The notes under the pieces were generated by a model. The model was given only the letters and a program-made list of their open reading frames with translations, searched no databases and was not told where the DNA came from. A DNA stretch of 59,891 bases, counting the filler, from Bonamia ostreae (Eukaryota), in NCBI GenBank assembly GCA_040357525.1. It is 7 parts of 7 records of this genome, joined end to end, with 100 filler letters (N's around TTAATTAATTAA, not from the genome) between each part and the next. Parts side by side here need not be neighbours in the genome. Positions count along the whole stretch, not along the records: positions 34,756 to 43,105 come from JBDODL010000059.1; positions 43,206 to 51,501 come from JBDODL010000060.1; 5 more parts are not named here. The stretch is one strand, 5' to 3'. The position numbers were made by a program, and so were the translations under genes. Of this stretch, positions 38,095 to 50,496 are shown piece after piece (position 1 is the first letter of the stretch; every line of letters begins with the position of its first letter).

Positions 38095-40397
38095 TCAATC
38101 TAGTTCTTCTGACCATTTTAGCTTAACGTCGCATCCCAACGCGATAACTTCTTGGGCAGCTCTGTCTATTTTGTGTCTTAAGCTGTCTGGGACAACGAAT
38201 GTGTAAACTCGATGCATCACGGTCTCCTCAATGTGATCCTTCGCGTCGCCAAATATGTGCGGCGCACGCAACATCGTGAATCGTCTTTTGGTCTTCTTCT
38301 TTTTGCTTAACTGGCAAAACACAGAGCGAGTAAGCTTCAAAAGTGCATTGTGGCATTGCATCATTATGAAGTAGTTCGAAGTGTACATGTTGAAATCACA
38401 TCGAGCTGACTTTTCTTCGGGCTATTATTGAAATCGTGAAGTTTAAAACAAGTCCGCATCCAACATCCTTCCAATATTCGGAGAAAAGATCATCTTCCAC
38501 GTAAACAACAGGGTCGTCTTTAAACCTCGAATAGTCGGAAATCCCCAACAGAGTTTTTTGCTCTTCTGACAACCATGGAAGCAAGTTTGGAGGCGTTTCT
38601 AAAGCCATTTGATGCCACCGAAAATCGGAAAGTTCGAAGGGAGTTTCCAGATCCGCTTAAATATTAAATATTTGAAGTGGAAAAATAATAAAAATGTGTA
38701 TCGATTTGCAAAATTTAAAATGATAAGTTATTAGAAACGATAAAAATGCAATTTTTGTAAATTTAAAATTTAACGAGTTTAAAACTTGTCCGCACTTCGT
38801 TAAAAAGAGAAAGCAATTTGTGATTACAAAATTCTCCTCTGTTGCTGAATAGCAATTTCTTCGCTATTCGCTTTAAAGTTCTTTCGTCTTCATCGCAATT
38901 TAAAGAAAAACGAATAGAAACGAATTGGTTTTTTTGTTCGGATTTTTCTTCAAAAAGTCCATCTCTGTTCGGAGCGTCTTTTTGCGGATAAAATGGGCGA
39001 TAGTGAACAGCTTTTTGCTCCGGGGCTTTGTCCGACCCGTCGGACAATCTGATTCTGCGCAAATTAATGTCGCTTATCTTAGAAAAATCATCAGGTAAAA
39101 TGTCCGACAAAGCTTCGAATAGCAAGCTTTTCAAGCTAATCAAGGGATTTTCGTGTTTCAGTTTAGAATTTATCGAGTTTGAGAAAATCCGCGCCATTTC
39201 CACTTGCTCGTCGGGCGGGTTTTCCTGCTCCAAAAAATTTGAAAGTCGCAACGTTTTCGGTTTTCGTTCGCCTTTGTCGTTGTCTTCAGAATTTTCGATT
39301 TGGTCCAGTTGTTTCCAAACCTGCACATCAGCACGAAACTCGATCTCGATGTTCAACGGCCCCATGTTTATCCCTTCTCTTTCTGTTTTTATCGTTAATA
39401 AAACGGGCAAAATATTTGGCTTTGTCGTTGCCAACGCATTTGTTCCGCATATTCCATTCTTGAGTTTAAAAGTAAACTGGTGATGGCGATCCTCCTTTGT
39501 TCGGCCAGCCTGGATATGTTGTCTTCGATATCGTAATATTTGGCCAGAAAATAATGGCCTTTTTCGCCAAAAGCGCTTTGGGTTTTTTCCAAGTTCCGCA
39601 GAGTTTTGTCGCAGAGCCATTGCAGAGCTGCCATATCTTTCATCGAGTCGGCTTTGTCTTCTTCTGAGCCCGTCCTTATCGATTCGATCAGAAACTTCGC
39701 GTCTTCGTATAATCTGTCGATTTTTCGGATCGCTTTTTCCGATTTTTGCAAAAGATTATAGAACGTCTTTGTTGAAGAAAATTGCTTTTCTTTGTCTCTG
39801 GCGCTTTTTCTTTGTTAAAACAAAACTTTCGAGCGATTGAGTCTGCTTTGTCCTTGGCCGCAAATATCTTTTCCGCTGCAGTGTGGTACGCCCACAAAAG
39901 AGCCACGTTCATGAAACCATTTTCCACCTCTTGCAGAACGCGTCTGTAGTCGAAATGGCTCTCTTCGATCTCCGCCCTGTTCCGCGCCGAGTTTTTCTTC
40001 CCAACCATTTTTTCCATGTTCGAAGTTAGTCCGTCGAGTTGCTTTGCGTACATACAGTTCTTGAACACTTCGTTTTCCAGAGCTGCAACGTCGTAGTCGA
40101 AGAATTTTATATTCTTTAGATCGTCGATAAATTTTGCCATTAAAGTTACGAACGCTGCGCTCAACTCGACACCTTCTTTCATCAAGCTCAAATCTAAATT
40201 TACGTAGTTAAACAGTATTCGTGTTTTTTCTTTTCGGAAATCCTGTTGCGCTGGCTATCCAGGAACTTTATCCTGTCCATCGCCGTCTGGAAACCGCCGT
40301 CAGAATCAAAATCGCCAAAATAACTCTCCCATCTTCTGGTTCTAGAAAACGGCGAAAGTTTATTTTTGGCAAAACGAAAAGCCCTTCGGATATTCAT
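38095..40397 (-). CDS. MRPS10: Mitochondrial ribosomal protein uS10m with a very long N-terminal extension (6 exons, ~690 aa)
   Basis: C-terminal KRRFTMLRAPHIFGDAKDHIEETVMHRVY S10 motif; five in-phase GT-AG introns link it to the presequence-like start MNIRRAFRFAKNKLSPFSRTRR. Confidence 0.7.
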
Positions 40398-40448
40398 AAA
40401 TTTTAAAGCCAAACAATATAAGATTTTCTTATAAAAACAAACAGAAAT

Positions 40449-41300
40449 ATGCTCCGGACTTTGACTCGATATAGTTTGAAGAGAACTGCGCAGAAGGCCC
40501 TCCACATAAAGCAATCGATACAGATGCGGCTCAGAAGTGACGATGCTGAAGAACAAGAAAAGAAAAATATCGAAGAAAACATAAAATTCATGCACGAGAA
40601 AGTCAAAGCCAACGGAATTTATACCGGAGACGAAGGCGAAAAGGAATTGGAATCGGAGTCTGAAGACGATTCCGAGATAGAAGATGACGAATTGCGGGAA
40701 GGCCTCGAAGAAGAAGAAATCGACCCTTTCGGCAAACTGTCCGGGAACCCTCACGTCAAGTTTGGCCAGGAAAGGATCTTTGTCAGAGACCGGTACGGCA
40801 ACGTGATGACGCACGAAGACTTTGAAAAGAGAGGCGATGAGAACATCAGACACTTGCAGGTCGACTACCCGGAGCGCCCGGACGAGGCGTCTCCGAAGAG
40901 TGCCGTCGGAACAGGAAAACGCAAAAAAGCTGTCGCGAGTGCCTCGGTTAGAAAGGGGGCCGGTTCGATCCTGATCAACGAGCAGCAACTCCATCAATTT
41001 TTCCCGAGACTGACGCACAGAGCACAAATCGCAGAACCGCTGATTATGACCGATTTGGTGGGAAAAATTGACATCGAGTGCACAGTGCGAGGGGGAGGGC
41101 CTTCCGGCAAAAGCGGGGCCGTGGCCACGGCCGTGGCCAAAGCGATTCGGTCGCAAAACCCAGAAAAATGGCCTGACTGGGTCGAAGGTCAAGACAGGGA
41201 CAGCTTGAGCCTGCTGGCGACAAGCGACCCCCGCAGAAAAGAGAAAAAGAAAATAGGGCGCAAGAGAGCTCGAAAAGGGCAGAGATATCAAAGAAGATGA
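40449..41300 (+). CDS. MRPS9: Mitochondrial ribosomal protein uS9m
   Basis: GTGKRKKAVA, VRGGGPSGKSGA, DPRRKEKKKIGRKRARKGQRYQRR; presequence and acidic N-terminal extension. Confidence 0.95.
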   Translation: MLRTLTRYSLKRTAQKALHIKQSIQMRLRSDDAEEQEKKNIEENIKFMHEKVKANGIYTGDEGEKELESESEDDSEIEDDELREGLEEEEIDPFGKLSGNPHVKFGQERIFVRDRYGNVMTHEDFEKRGDENIRHLQVDYPERPDEASPKSAVGTGKRKKAVASASVRKGAGSILINEQQLHQFFPRLTHRAQIAEPLIMTDLVGKIDIECTVRGGGPSGKSGAVATAVAKAIRSQNPEKWPDWVEGQDRDSLSLLATSDPRRKEKKKIGRKRARKGQRYQRR

Positions 41301-41345
41301 ATTTTTAAATTTAACTTAGAAAAAATTTGAATAGCGAAACAAAAT

Positions 41346-42455
41346 TTATTTTATATTCCGTTTGTGCTGCTTCACCCGTCTCATCTGTTCTCTGTTGACG
41401 TAGTTTTCTGCTTCTTGCATCGCATTGTCTAAATTCCTGACTATGTCTCTCAGGTCGTCGATTTTTTTATGTCTTATATCTTCCCAAAATTGTTTTATAA
41501 AATCCATTTCAATTAATGAATTGTTAAATTAAAAATCGATTTTATGGAGAATCCATTTTAATAAATAATTTCGCAAATTGCTATAATTCAGCAAATATAC
41601 ATTAAAGATTACAAAATCCCTAAATGGAGGAACATGTCGTAAAAGCAAAATCTAAACAAGTGAAGAGAGACATCAATCTGCAAATCTCTCTGTCCTCGGG
41701 ATCGGGTCTATTGTACGGCTTTACGACGACGCCGTTTTCAGGATGGAGCAGAAAGTGTTCTGCCTTACTGTCGACCACGATGACGTTTTTGACGTCGCGG
41801 CCGAGATAACTCAGGTCCTTCACCACGTTCCCTTTCACGAAGGAGCTGTGCTCTCTGAACAGCCAGTGCGCCACGGCGTTGTTCGGGTCCAGAGAGCCGA
41901 TCAATCCCGTCGTGCTCTGGCGTTAGGAGAAAACCTGTCCGTACTCGGAGGAGAAGACGACCACCTCGTAACCCATCCGCGCCAGCATCAGCAGGAACTT
42001 GTCCACGCACGGCCGCTTCGAGTAGGACCACCCCTTCGTCCTCTGAGCGTTAAGTCAAAACGTTGTACTCGGCGGACATGAGCGTGCCCTCCAAGTTCAG
42101 AACTACCGTCTTCGCCCCGAGCTGGCTCGCCACCAACTCGGGCAGCAGGCGCTCCCTGATCGGCTTCTTCTGCCTGGAGTAGCCCTCCTTCAAGAACTGG
42201 AGTGGAGGAGGAAACCTTGATGTGCTTATCGTCAACGAGCAGAGAGTAGAAGCAGAAGGAGAGGGTCCCCGCCAGCAAGAGAGGCGCCAGAAGCGCCATC
42301 GCCTTTTCGCGGGGGGACTTGAGCGAGAAGTCCACGAACCTCTTCTTCGCCGCTTTGCTGAGCATCGACCTCCTCGCGAAGTCGCGTGCGTGCGCGTTAA
42401 GCGAGAGAAGTGTGTTGCGAGACCGGCAGTGGTTGCGGCGCAGGGCGGAAATCAT
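41346..42455 (-). CDS. TIM50: Mitochondrial import receptor Tim50 (FCP1-like domain), multi-exon
   Basis: Presequence, single TM, ERLLP, TVVLNLEGTLM, KRPCVDKFL, LFREH, VKDLSYLGRDVKNVIVVD, HPENGVVVKPY. Confidence 0.88.
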
Positions 42456-42513
42456 TTTGCTAAATCAAATCTATATGTAAAAACTTTAATACACTAAAAC
42501 CACTTTAGACAGA

Positions 42514-42874
42514 ATGGTGCTTCTGGATCACGACAAGTTCTTCGATCAACTGGCCCACAGTTTCCAACTAGCGAACTGGGATGGTGGTCCGCAGACCATA
42601 AAAATAACATTTAAGAAATGTAAGCTTAAATTAATGGGGAAAGGCTCTCCGTCGTTAAAAACGAGAGGAGAGAAGAGAGCGGCCGATAGTTCGGGAACAC
42701 CTGTTTTGGGCTTCTTCTGTTTGGTGAGAGCGCAAGTCGGCTCCAGCAAGACTTCGACGGAGGTTTTCGAGGATAAAAATCTTTAAGGTTCGAGAGGCTG
42801 ATTGCGCTGTGTTCAAGGAGCGTTTGGAGAACATGTTCTACTATTACACGGAAAAGAACTTTAACGATAAATGA
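42514..42874 (+). CDS. SRP14: Signal recognition particle 14 kDa protein
   Basis: MVLLDHDKFFDQL, ITFKK, CLVRA..G..KTSTEV. Confidence 0.85.
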
Positions 42875-43308
42875 CATTTAATTTTTGCAAATCTTTGTGA
42901 ATTTCTAAACGACAAAATTAAGCCATTTCTGTTTATAAAGCAAAACTCGATAAAAATGTTTTAGGCTCCTGTAAAATGGAAATGTTTGTTTTCCCATTTT
43001 ATTTTATAAAACAGAAGAAGATAAAGTTAAAACATAAGGCAAGCATTTACATCAATTAATGAATAGCAAGTTCAATAACAACCCACCACAAAATCGAATA
43101 ATAATNNNNNNNNNNNNNNNNNNNNNNNNNNNNNNNNNNNNNNNNNNNNTTAATTAATTAANNNNNNNNNNNNNNNNNNNNNNNNNNNNNNNNNNNNNNN
43201 NNNNNACTGACTTTGCTCAAAATAAAGATGGATGGAAAACTCGGCGAAGAATTTATTGTCTATACGGTGCATATTATTCCAAAGAATAAAAACAAATGGA
43301 TAAAATAG

Positions 43309-43734
43309 TTATTTTGTACTCGTTTCCATTCCTTCCAGATAATATTTAAGTTTTCTCGTGTGAGAAAACTCGCCCATTTTGTGATTGATCATTTCAGGGG
43401 TTATTAGGACATGCACAAACATCAACCCGTTATGTATTGCCATTTTCAACCCCACGAATTCTGGAACAATGGTCATTTTTCTGTCGTAGGTGAGATGTAC
43501 TTTTTTCTTTTTGCAGTTTGCAAATATTAAAAACTGTAAAATTTCTCCAAGTTTGCTTGTTCTGCTTCGCTTTTCTGACTTTGACAAGAAATTCAACATC
43601 GAGATATGGCAATTTCCATTGCGGTCTTTTTCCAAAATGTCCTAATATTTAAAATGAACACTTTTTTGTTTTAAATTTGCCGCATCTTTTACAAGTGTGA
43701 ATTCCAATCGCTTAAAGCCATTTAGAAATGCCAT
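43309..43734 (-). CDS. Nucleus-encoded mitochondrial ribosomal protein uS19m (3 exons)
   Basis: Presequence MAFLNGFKRL..., RPQWKLPYLD, RKMTIVPEFVGLKMAIHNG, MINHKMGEFSHTRK. Confidence 0.88.
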
Positions 43735-43844
43735 TATATTTTATCAATATAAAATGGTGCTTAAAAGTTCAATCAATTTGCAAATAAGTTTTCCCGCATA
43801 TTAATTTGTAATGGTTAAGCTCAAGCAAAGTAGTTTACAAAAAT

Positions 43845-45167
43845 TTACTTGCGCGGATCAATAAATAATATGAACTCCCTTAACCGATAATAATACTCGT
43901 CTCTGTACAGCGCGCAAATGTTGTTGTGGCCCCCTTCTTTAACTATCCACCTTTCAATTAAAAATGTTACGAGTCGTACAAATTTGTCGCACACTTTGCG
44001 AGTTCCTTCCGTTCCAGATTTAGGTAAAAACTTGTGCGTGGAAAAACGGGACAATGCAGTCCTTTTCTCCGTGAATGATGAAAACAGGCGGCTTGACTTG
44101 TTTTATCATCTCGTAGTTTTTCATTATGTCTGATTTGTGTCTTCAATCAAGCAAAAATTAGTATTAAACTCGCCGCAGTTTGGATCGATTGTTTTCAGTC
44201 CACTCGAAAAGCCGCTCAAAACCACGATAGCGGCCACTTCTTGTTCTTTTATTCTGTTCGAGGCTAAGAACAATGCTGGAACCGTGCCCAGCGAATGGCC
44301 GAATCTATAATTCGTTTTAAGACAGAAAACAAAATGACTTTTTTCGGGTCGATCGAATGTTCCTCTACAAAATCGTTGATGACGAATTCGGAATCTGTAT
44401 ACAAATTGGCGATGCTCGATTTGCCCGTGCTGTTTCCGTATCTTCGTTCCGTAAATAATCAAACCCTCTGTAGTCGTACGAAAAAACGGAAACCTTAAAA
44501 TTAAGTTGAGAACGTTCAAATTGTTCGATAAGTCTTTCATCGTTTCAAAAGAACCGCCCTGTTCCGGAAAAAGATTACTAACAAAACCAGGTCTATCGCG
44601 TTGCCATGAAAATAAATAAGACAATACTCCGCTCTGTTTAAAATTAACGATTATTTAAAATACGGCAATATTTACAACGGCAATTTTAAAATCTAAAATC
44701 CTCCTCTTGATAGGTTTGTGCGAATATATTTGTGACCAGGTGTATAAATTTGCATTACAACAAAGAGACATTTAAAATCGACAAAATTAAAAATAGGCAA
44801 ATTTTAATAATAAACGCTGGATTTTTTATAAAAATTGAAGCGATCATGATTTTCTTCGAAACGGAGACTTTTTTAAAGTAGTAATTTTGATCTCCTTTTA
44901 AAAATGTATCTGGTTGCATGTAAAGTTCATTTTCTTCGATCTTATAACTCGCTCTTTGTTTAAAATTACCAAAACTTTGGCGGGTAAAAAATAAATTTTC
45001 TGCTAATGCATTCTTCCGCTCCACAAGAACTGACACATTTCCACAGACAAAAAATTCCGACACAACACATATTCGAATCTCTTAAAAATTTCAGCCAAAA
45101 ATGGCCGTCGACAAATGCAATATATTAAAACAATCGTTTTAAATGCTGCATTTTTGCCACATTTCAT
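43845..45167 (-). CDS. ABHD17-like alpha/beta hydrolase (start uncertain)
   Basis: Nucleophile FGHSLGTVP, SGFSSGLK, IHGEKDCIVPFFHA, EGGHNNI. Confidence 0.8.
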
Positions 45168-45554
45168 TACCAAATATTTACTTTTGTTCCCCAAAAACGG
45201 GGTAAAGACCTGAGGTGCCAACATAAAAGATGATTTCTCTCTGGTATACAAAACTAAAAAATATAGTTCGACATACAACAGTTGTTTAACTATAAAATCT
45301 TTTCACGTATAATAAAAAAACAACTATTTTTTAGAACAGTGGTTGAACCTCGTATATGTTTGATATTTCGCAGGGCTATGATTCTTTAACTCTCATTAAC
45401 AAGTTCGATTTTAACTCGCAACTTGAGCAAAAGAGTTCTAAACGACGACGTGGAACCCTGAGATCTAAACTCGAGGATACAAAAGTTTTCCCAACATGTC
45501 ATAAAATTAAACAATAAACGAAAATTAAATACGAATTTAGTACATAAGTCGGTC

Positions 45555-47070
45555 CTAATAAAGCACAGGATCCATATCTTCAATATAAAAGCAGCCGTAC
45601 CTAAACTTCTTTCTCGTCGGCAGCTTCGGGAATGCAGTAACCATCCCAGCTCCAGTGATGTTATTTATCAGCCCAGTCTGTCCGTTCAGCTTATTCGTGT
45701 TGATTGGCACTGTGCTCGCTTTCACCATCGAAAACAAGTTGCAACTGTTATTTCTTTTCTTGCCCCTCCACATTTTATTTATCTTCTCGTGTAGTAAAGC
45801 TGCGTACCCAGAAACATGAGGACCTTTATCAAAATTATTAAGCATGATAGACATAGATTCTACAAAATACATGCCATTGAAGTTCCGGAATTGATGCCAT
45901 ACAGGTTGCCGGGCGTTGTCGACAACACCTCTTGTCCTATTGAACAAGCGTCGACCATCGAATTGCGATTAGAATAATAAGTTTCAGCAAACGAAATGCT
46001 CCCAGATTTTATTTTATAGTAGATTGACGCAACAGACAAAACGTTGTCAAATCCGGCGGGGTAGGAATAGATAACCTCTCCCCAGTCTGAACTTCCTTCG
46101 TTTCCCGCAGCGGATATAATAGTGCAGCCCATCTGTACCGCGTATTTTATCGACTCTTTCTGTTTGTAAAATATTTCACAGAATAGCGTAAATGTACACA
46201 GGAAAATATAAAACAAGTTCTGGATACTCTTTGAATCCACCGAGAGACATGTTTATGATGTTACATCCGTCGTCAGCTGCCTTTCTGATAGCTCTTTCGA
46301 TGGCAAACGGACGACTGAAACCCTTTCCATCAAAAACTCTATAATCATAAATCGTGGCATTCGGAGCCACTCCCTTCAGTTTCCCATTCGCGCCAATTGT
46401 ACCCGCTACATGTGTTCCATGGAAATGCAAATCTTCGTAATTTTCGTCTCCAACATACGAAATTCTTTTCTTCACGTCTTTAATTGTTTTTCTTATATCC
46501 AATTATCAAATTTAAAATACTATTTTTTATATCCGAATGCGAAGAATCAATCCCACTGTCGATAACTCCTACAACACAACCATTGCCAGTGAAACCTTGA
46601 GACCACATTAAAGTCGATCCAGTCAGCCATACACCAATCGGTATATACGAAAAAGATTTCTGTTTTTTAATGGTTACCATGAAAAATTTACATCAGTTTT
46701 AGAGTGATAGTGAAATAAATGCGTGTCTGCAAAGTCATCAAGCTTTTCCTTTGGGAAAAGTACGATACTTTCACTTCTAATCTTTGTTTTATTAATACAA
46801 TCACATACACGTTCGATGTTTTTGTGAATTTATCAAGTACATTTTTTGTGAAGAGTGAATTTATATATTTTATGCGAATAAATTTACGCGGGGGAAATCA
46901 GAATAAATAATTTTCTTTTGCCGTTCATTATTGTCTCCATCGCTGAGTGACTTGCGTCTCGATACCTTATAACCTGACTTGTTTTTCTGCAAGGACATAA
47001 GTTTTTTACTAATCTCTTTCGGAATTTTTATCAATCTTGCTTCTGTAATTTCATCGAAATTACCTGTTCA
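45555..47070 (-). CDS. Subtilisin-like S8 serine protease, multi-exon (5' end approximate)
   Basis: Full triad: VGVIDSGID, FHGTHVAGTIG, SGTSMACPHVSG (across an intron); oxyanion AAGNEG; INMSLGG. Confidence 0.93.
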
Positions 47071-47186
47071 ATGGTAATTTTGGCGAATAACCTATTCATC
47101 GAAATTTCTCTTTTTCGAGAATGGAAGTTTAAAAATTTTGAGAGGCAAAACTTACACAAGTTATGTCTTGAAGAATTTATTTACAA

Positions 47187-47426
47187 TTATTTATTTTCGC
47201 ACGTGCTGATGTACATGACATTGTTGCCTCGCACAAAGGCATCTCCGAATTTGGATTTTAATCGGTTGCTTTCATATTCGCATGTCTGCTCCAAAGTTAA
47301 GTTCATGTACCCATCAAGCGTCGTTAATATTCCTCTATACTCGTTGCCAGAAGAAAGCTTTACGACTACTTGATTTCCCATCACTTTTTTCAGAAACTCC
47401 ACTGGCGTAGTTTTAATTGCGGACAT
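47187..47426 (-). CDS. LSM6: U6 snRNA-associated Sm-like protein LSm6
   Basis: TPVEFLK..VVVKLSSG.EYRGIL..LDGYMNLTLEQT..FGDAFVRGNNVMYIST. Confidence 0.92.
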   Translation of the reverse strand: MSAIKTTPVEFLKKVMGNQVVVKLSSGNEYRGILTTLDGYMNLTLEQTCEYESNRLKSKFGDAFVRGNNVMYISTCENK

Positions 47427-47495
47427 TTACACTATATCGTTTGTTTTATATATTATTAAGCTTTTTTCGTAAATACTAAAAATGTATTTTGAAAT

Positions 47496-48520
47496 TTATC
47501 CGATCAACTTTGTCACAAAATCATCAAAATCTTGCGTAGGTTCCCAATCTGCACATTCGTCGATGATCTTTTCTGAGTTTTATTAAAAGATTTACTTTGT
47601 CTGAAAGTGCGATTGACAATTCTGTTTTTGGTTTTGTCGATTTCCTTGTTTTCCTCCGCCATTTTCTATAACGTTTAAAAAATCAAAACATTTAAAAAGT
47701 TGTTCTGCGAAACGCGTTTCAAATAAAATTTCTCCTCCGCTTCCGCTTCTCTTGCCGCTTCTCTCATTTTAAGCTCCTTGATTTCTTGTTCGTACTGAAT
47801 TTGTTCGGTGAGGTGGTGCCATTTGAAGCCAGGCAAAAACTTTAAGTTCCATAAATCTTCTCTGTACTTGTTTTTGACAGATCCACCCATTTTGGTCTTA
47901 TTAAGACTGTTCGCGACATTTTTGGCGACGTTCTTATCAGCGAATTCGATCCACCCATTTTCGAATTTTTTTCTTTTTCTAATCGACATTTTTGGTTTAC
48001 GTAAATTGTTTTATCGATATTTTCCATTTAATCATATTGCTTTATCGACATTTTTCCATTTAAGTAAATTTTGTTTTATCGACATTTTTTGTTTACGTAA
48101 ATTGCTTTATCGACATTTTTCCATTTAAGTAAATTGATTTATCGACATTTTTCCATTTACGTAAATTGCTTTATCGACATTTTTCGAAAATTTTTTTAAT
48201 CGACATGTTTTTAATTTGACATTTACAATTTAAAAATTTGATGTTTAGAAATTTAATCTGTTTATAGAAAAAAGATTGGCTAAACATTTTTTTCAATTTT
48301 TTTCTTCTTTTGGTTTTAGTTTTGTCCTCAGGCGTTAGATAAATCCTCCCGATTTCCCCATATTTGGACAATAAACGTCGAATCGAATTGGAGTTTAAGA
48401 ACGGCGGAATTGAGTTGATAAGAACAATCTAAATTGAATTTTACAAACGCCGGATCTTCTATTCGTCTTGTTTAATTTCTCGCTTAGCTCTTTTCTGCCA
48501 TTTTTTACGACATCAGACAT
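47496..48520 (-). CDS. ESF2: Pre-rRNA processing protein Esf2/ABT1, multi-exon
   Basis: IPPFL..SKYGEIGRIYLTPED, ENGWIEF, MGG, DLWNLKFLPGFKWHHLTEQI. Confidence 0.93.
47980..48185. repeat. Intronic tandem repeat (~32 nt, TTTATCGACATTTTTCCATTTAAGTAAATTG)
   Basis: About 6 imperfect copies in an ESF2 intron. Confidence 0.85.
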
Positions 48521-49095
48521 TTCCGATATAACAATTTTTATATAACTAATAAAATGCCAGCGACGATTAATTTTATTAAAAAGTGTCCATTAAAATGTTA
48601 ACTTTTCACATTCTTTGTCGATTAAATAATTTGTTTAGTAACAAATATCCAATGTTTGTTGGTGAAAACGAAAGGGTCACAAAGCCATTTAGATCGCTGG
48701 ACATATACTAATTATTATTTACAACCATTATTATTTTACAACCGACAATTAAAATTTAAAATGAAAACGGTACAAAACCCGATTTAACAAGCACGCAATC
48801 ACTTTTATCTTTCGGTCCACTGATTATTAACGAATAAAAATCAAAAGTTCAAAGAAAACTAAAATTCTCTAAAAGATCTTTGAAAGAAGCCAATTCGATT
48901 AATTTTATGTAAAAAAGTTTACGCAAAACTTGTTCAAAAATCACTCAATTTATAAAACAAATCGACCCGATAAAGATATTAATTTTGCCGTTTGGTTTAT
49001 TAAAATATTAACACAACAATATCCGATATACTAAACTAAAAAACAGCAAACTCTTTTATATAAGATAATCGTAAAAATTTCTCGACGTTCTTCTA

Positions 49096-49671
49096 ATGCA
49101 CTTTTTTTCAAACAAACACATCTTCAATTATCCTTTTAACGTAGTGGCCTCATCTTTTTGGCAGAAATATCCGAACAGCCACAACACAGTCATTTCCATG
49201 GACACCTTCCATCGAGAATTCGACTATGAAAACCAGAGACTGACAACTTACAGAATAGCTCGCACTAAACTTAAAGGACCTGCTTACTTGAGCTATATGT
49301 TGTCGATCGTCGGGATAACGCTTGAAAACACCGGAGTTGAACGATCGGTGATCGATCTGAGAGAAAAAACTCTCACAATCGACTCTAGAAACATCTCCGG
49401 CTCGAATCTGCTCCGATTTAACGAACGCTGCTCTTACAAACAGAATCTGGGCGACGCCAATCTCACCGATTTTAGCCACGACGTGAAAATCGAATGTTCA
49501 GCGACACCTTTTAAGAGCTACATCGAGGAGTGTAGCGTTGATATGATCGGGAATCAGGCAAAAGGCGGGTTAAAGGCGTTGGAGAAAATATGCGAAAATT
49601 TGTCCAAAAACGAAAATTCGAAAGTCAATAACTTGATTGCAGAGGAGGCACAGAAATTAGATTTTGATTAA
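49096..49671 (+). CDS. PRELI/Ups-family mitochondrial lipid transfer protein
   Basis: HIFNYPFNVVASSFWQKYPN, ERSVID...LTIDSRNIS, ERCSY, G.KALEKIC. Confidence 0.92.
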   Translation: MHFFSNKHIFNYPFNVVASSFWQKYPNSHNTVISMDTFHREFDYENQRLTTYRIARTKLKGPAYLSYMLSIVGITLENTGVERSVIDLREKTLTIDSRNISGSNLLRFNERCSYKQNLGDANLTDFSHDVKIECSATPFKSYIEECSVDMIGNQAKGGLKALEKICENLSKNENSKVNNLIAEEAQKLDFD

Positions 49672-49759
49672 ATTAGTCGAACATTGAAAAATTTATCTTC
49701 AATTTATATCATTTGTAAATTGATATTTGAAGAGATGTCGTTTTAGCAATATAAAATCT

Positions 49760-50430
49760 TCAATAAAAAAATCGTCAGAAATGTAAAGAGGGAAGATTTA
49801 TTAGTTTTAATGTCTAAAAATGTAAAAAGAGAATATAATTGCTGCAAAGCGGAAAAGTTAAAGTCAAGAAATTTTGTTTTTACTGTTTCTCAAGAATCCA
49901 GACGAAATCGGGACGAAAAATATGCTCAAGATTATGTACAAGCAGTGCAAAAGTATCACAGTGTAGAAGAAGAGTTGGCTGCATCTTAATTTTAGCTATT
50001 GTTAAATTAGGACTTTTAGATTTTGTTAAAATGTCGTTCATGTTAACAATGTGGTTTGTCCAAAAACATTCCCAAGAATAGCAGGTAGATCCAAACGAAC
50101 AGAGCCAGTAAATGTCTCCACGTGTTGGTCTGCGCAATCATGTAAACGCAATCGTTTTTGCTCCGCAGAGCGCCGATCAGAAATATCGCAAAATTAAGCG
50201 AATAGATTCCGATAAATCGAAGCAAATTGATGTGCGTCAAATCAACGTCAACTTTAATTTACAAATTTACATTTTAGTAAGCTGGCGAAATATGAATATC
50301 TAAAAATGTTAAAACGTTTCGGGTGGAAGAAGCGCTTCGGAAATAGAACAAAAGCTGAGCTTTGAAGTACAAGAAAGAAGACATCGATTTTAAGCAGTAA
50401 AATAGAAGTCAAAGAGGGCAAAAATGCCAT
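49760..50430 (-). CDS. Hypothetical polytopic membrane protein (3' end approximate)
   Basis: Several hydrophobic minus-strand exons (e.g. 50043-50240) downstream of an ATG at 50430. Confidence 0.4.
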
Positions 50431-50496
50431 GAGATCACTTTATCAGACTTTCTTAAAAACACTTATGTTAAAGCTCTGCATATAGTAGTTCAGGAA

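Noticed and set aside
40200..41291. 363-aa minus-strand ORF
   Set aside because: Mostly the antisense shadow of uS9m; only its last ~60 codons serve as exon 1 of the uS10m model.
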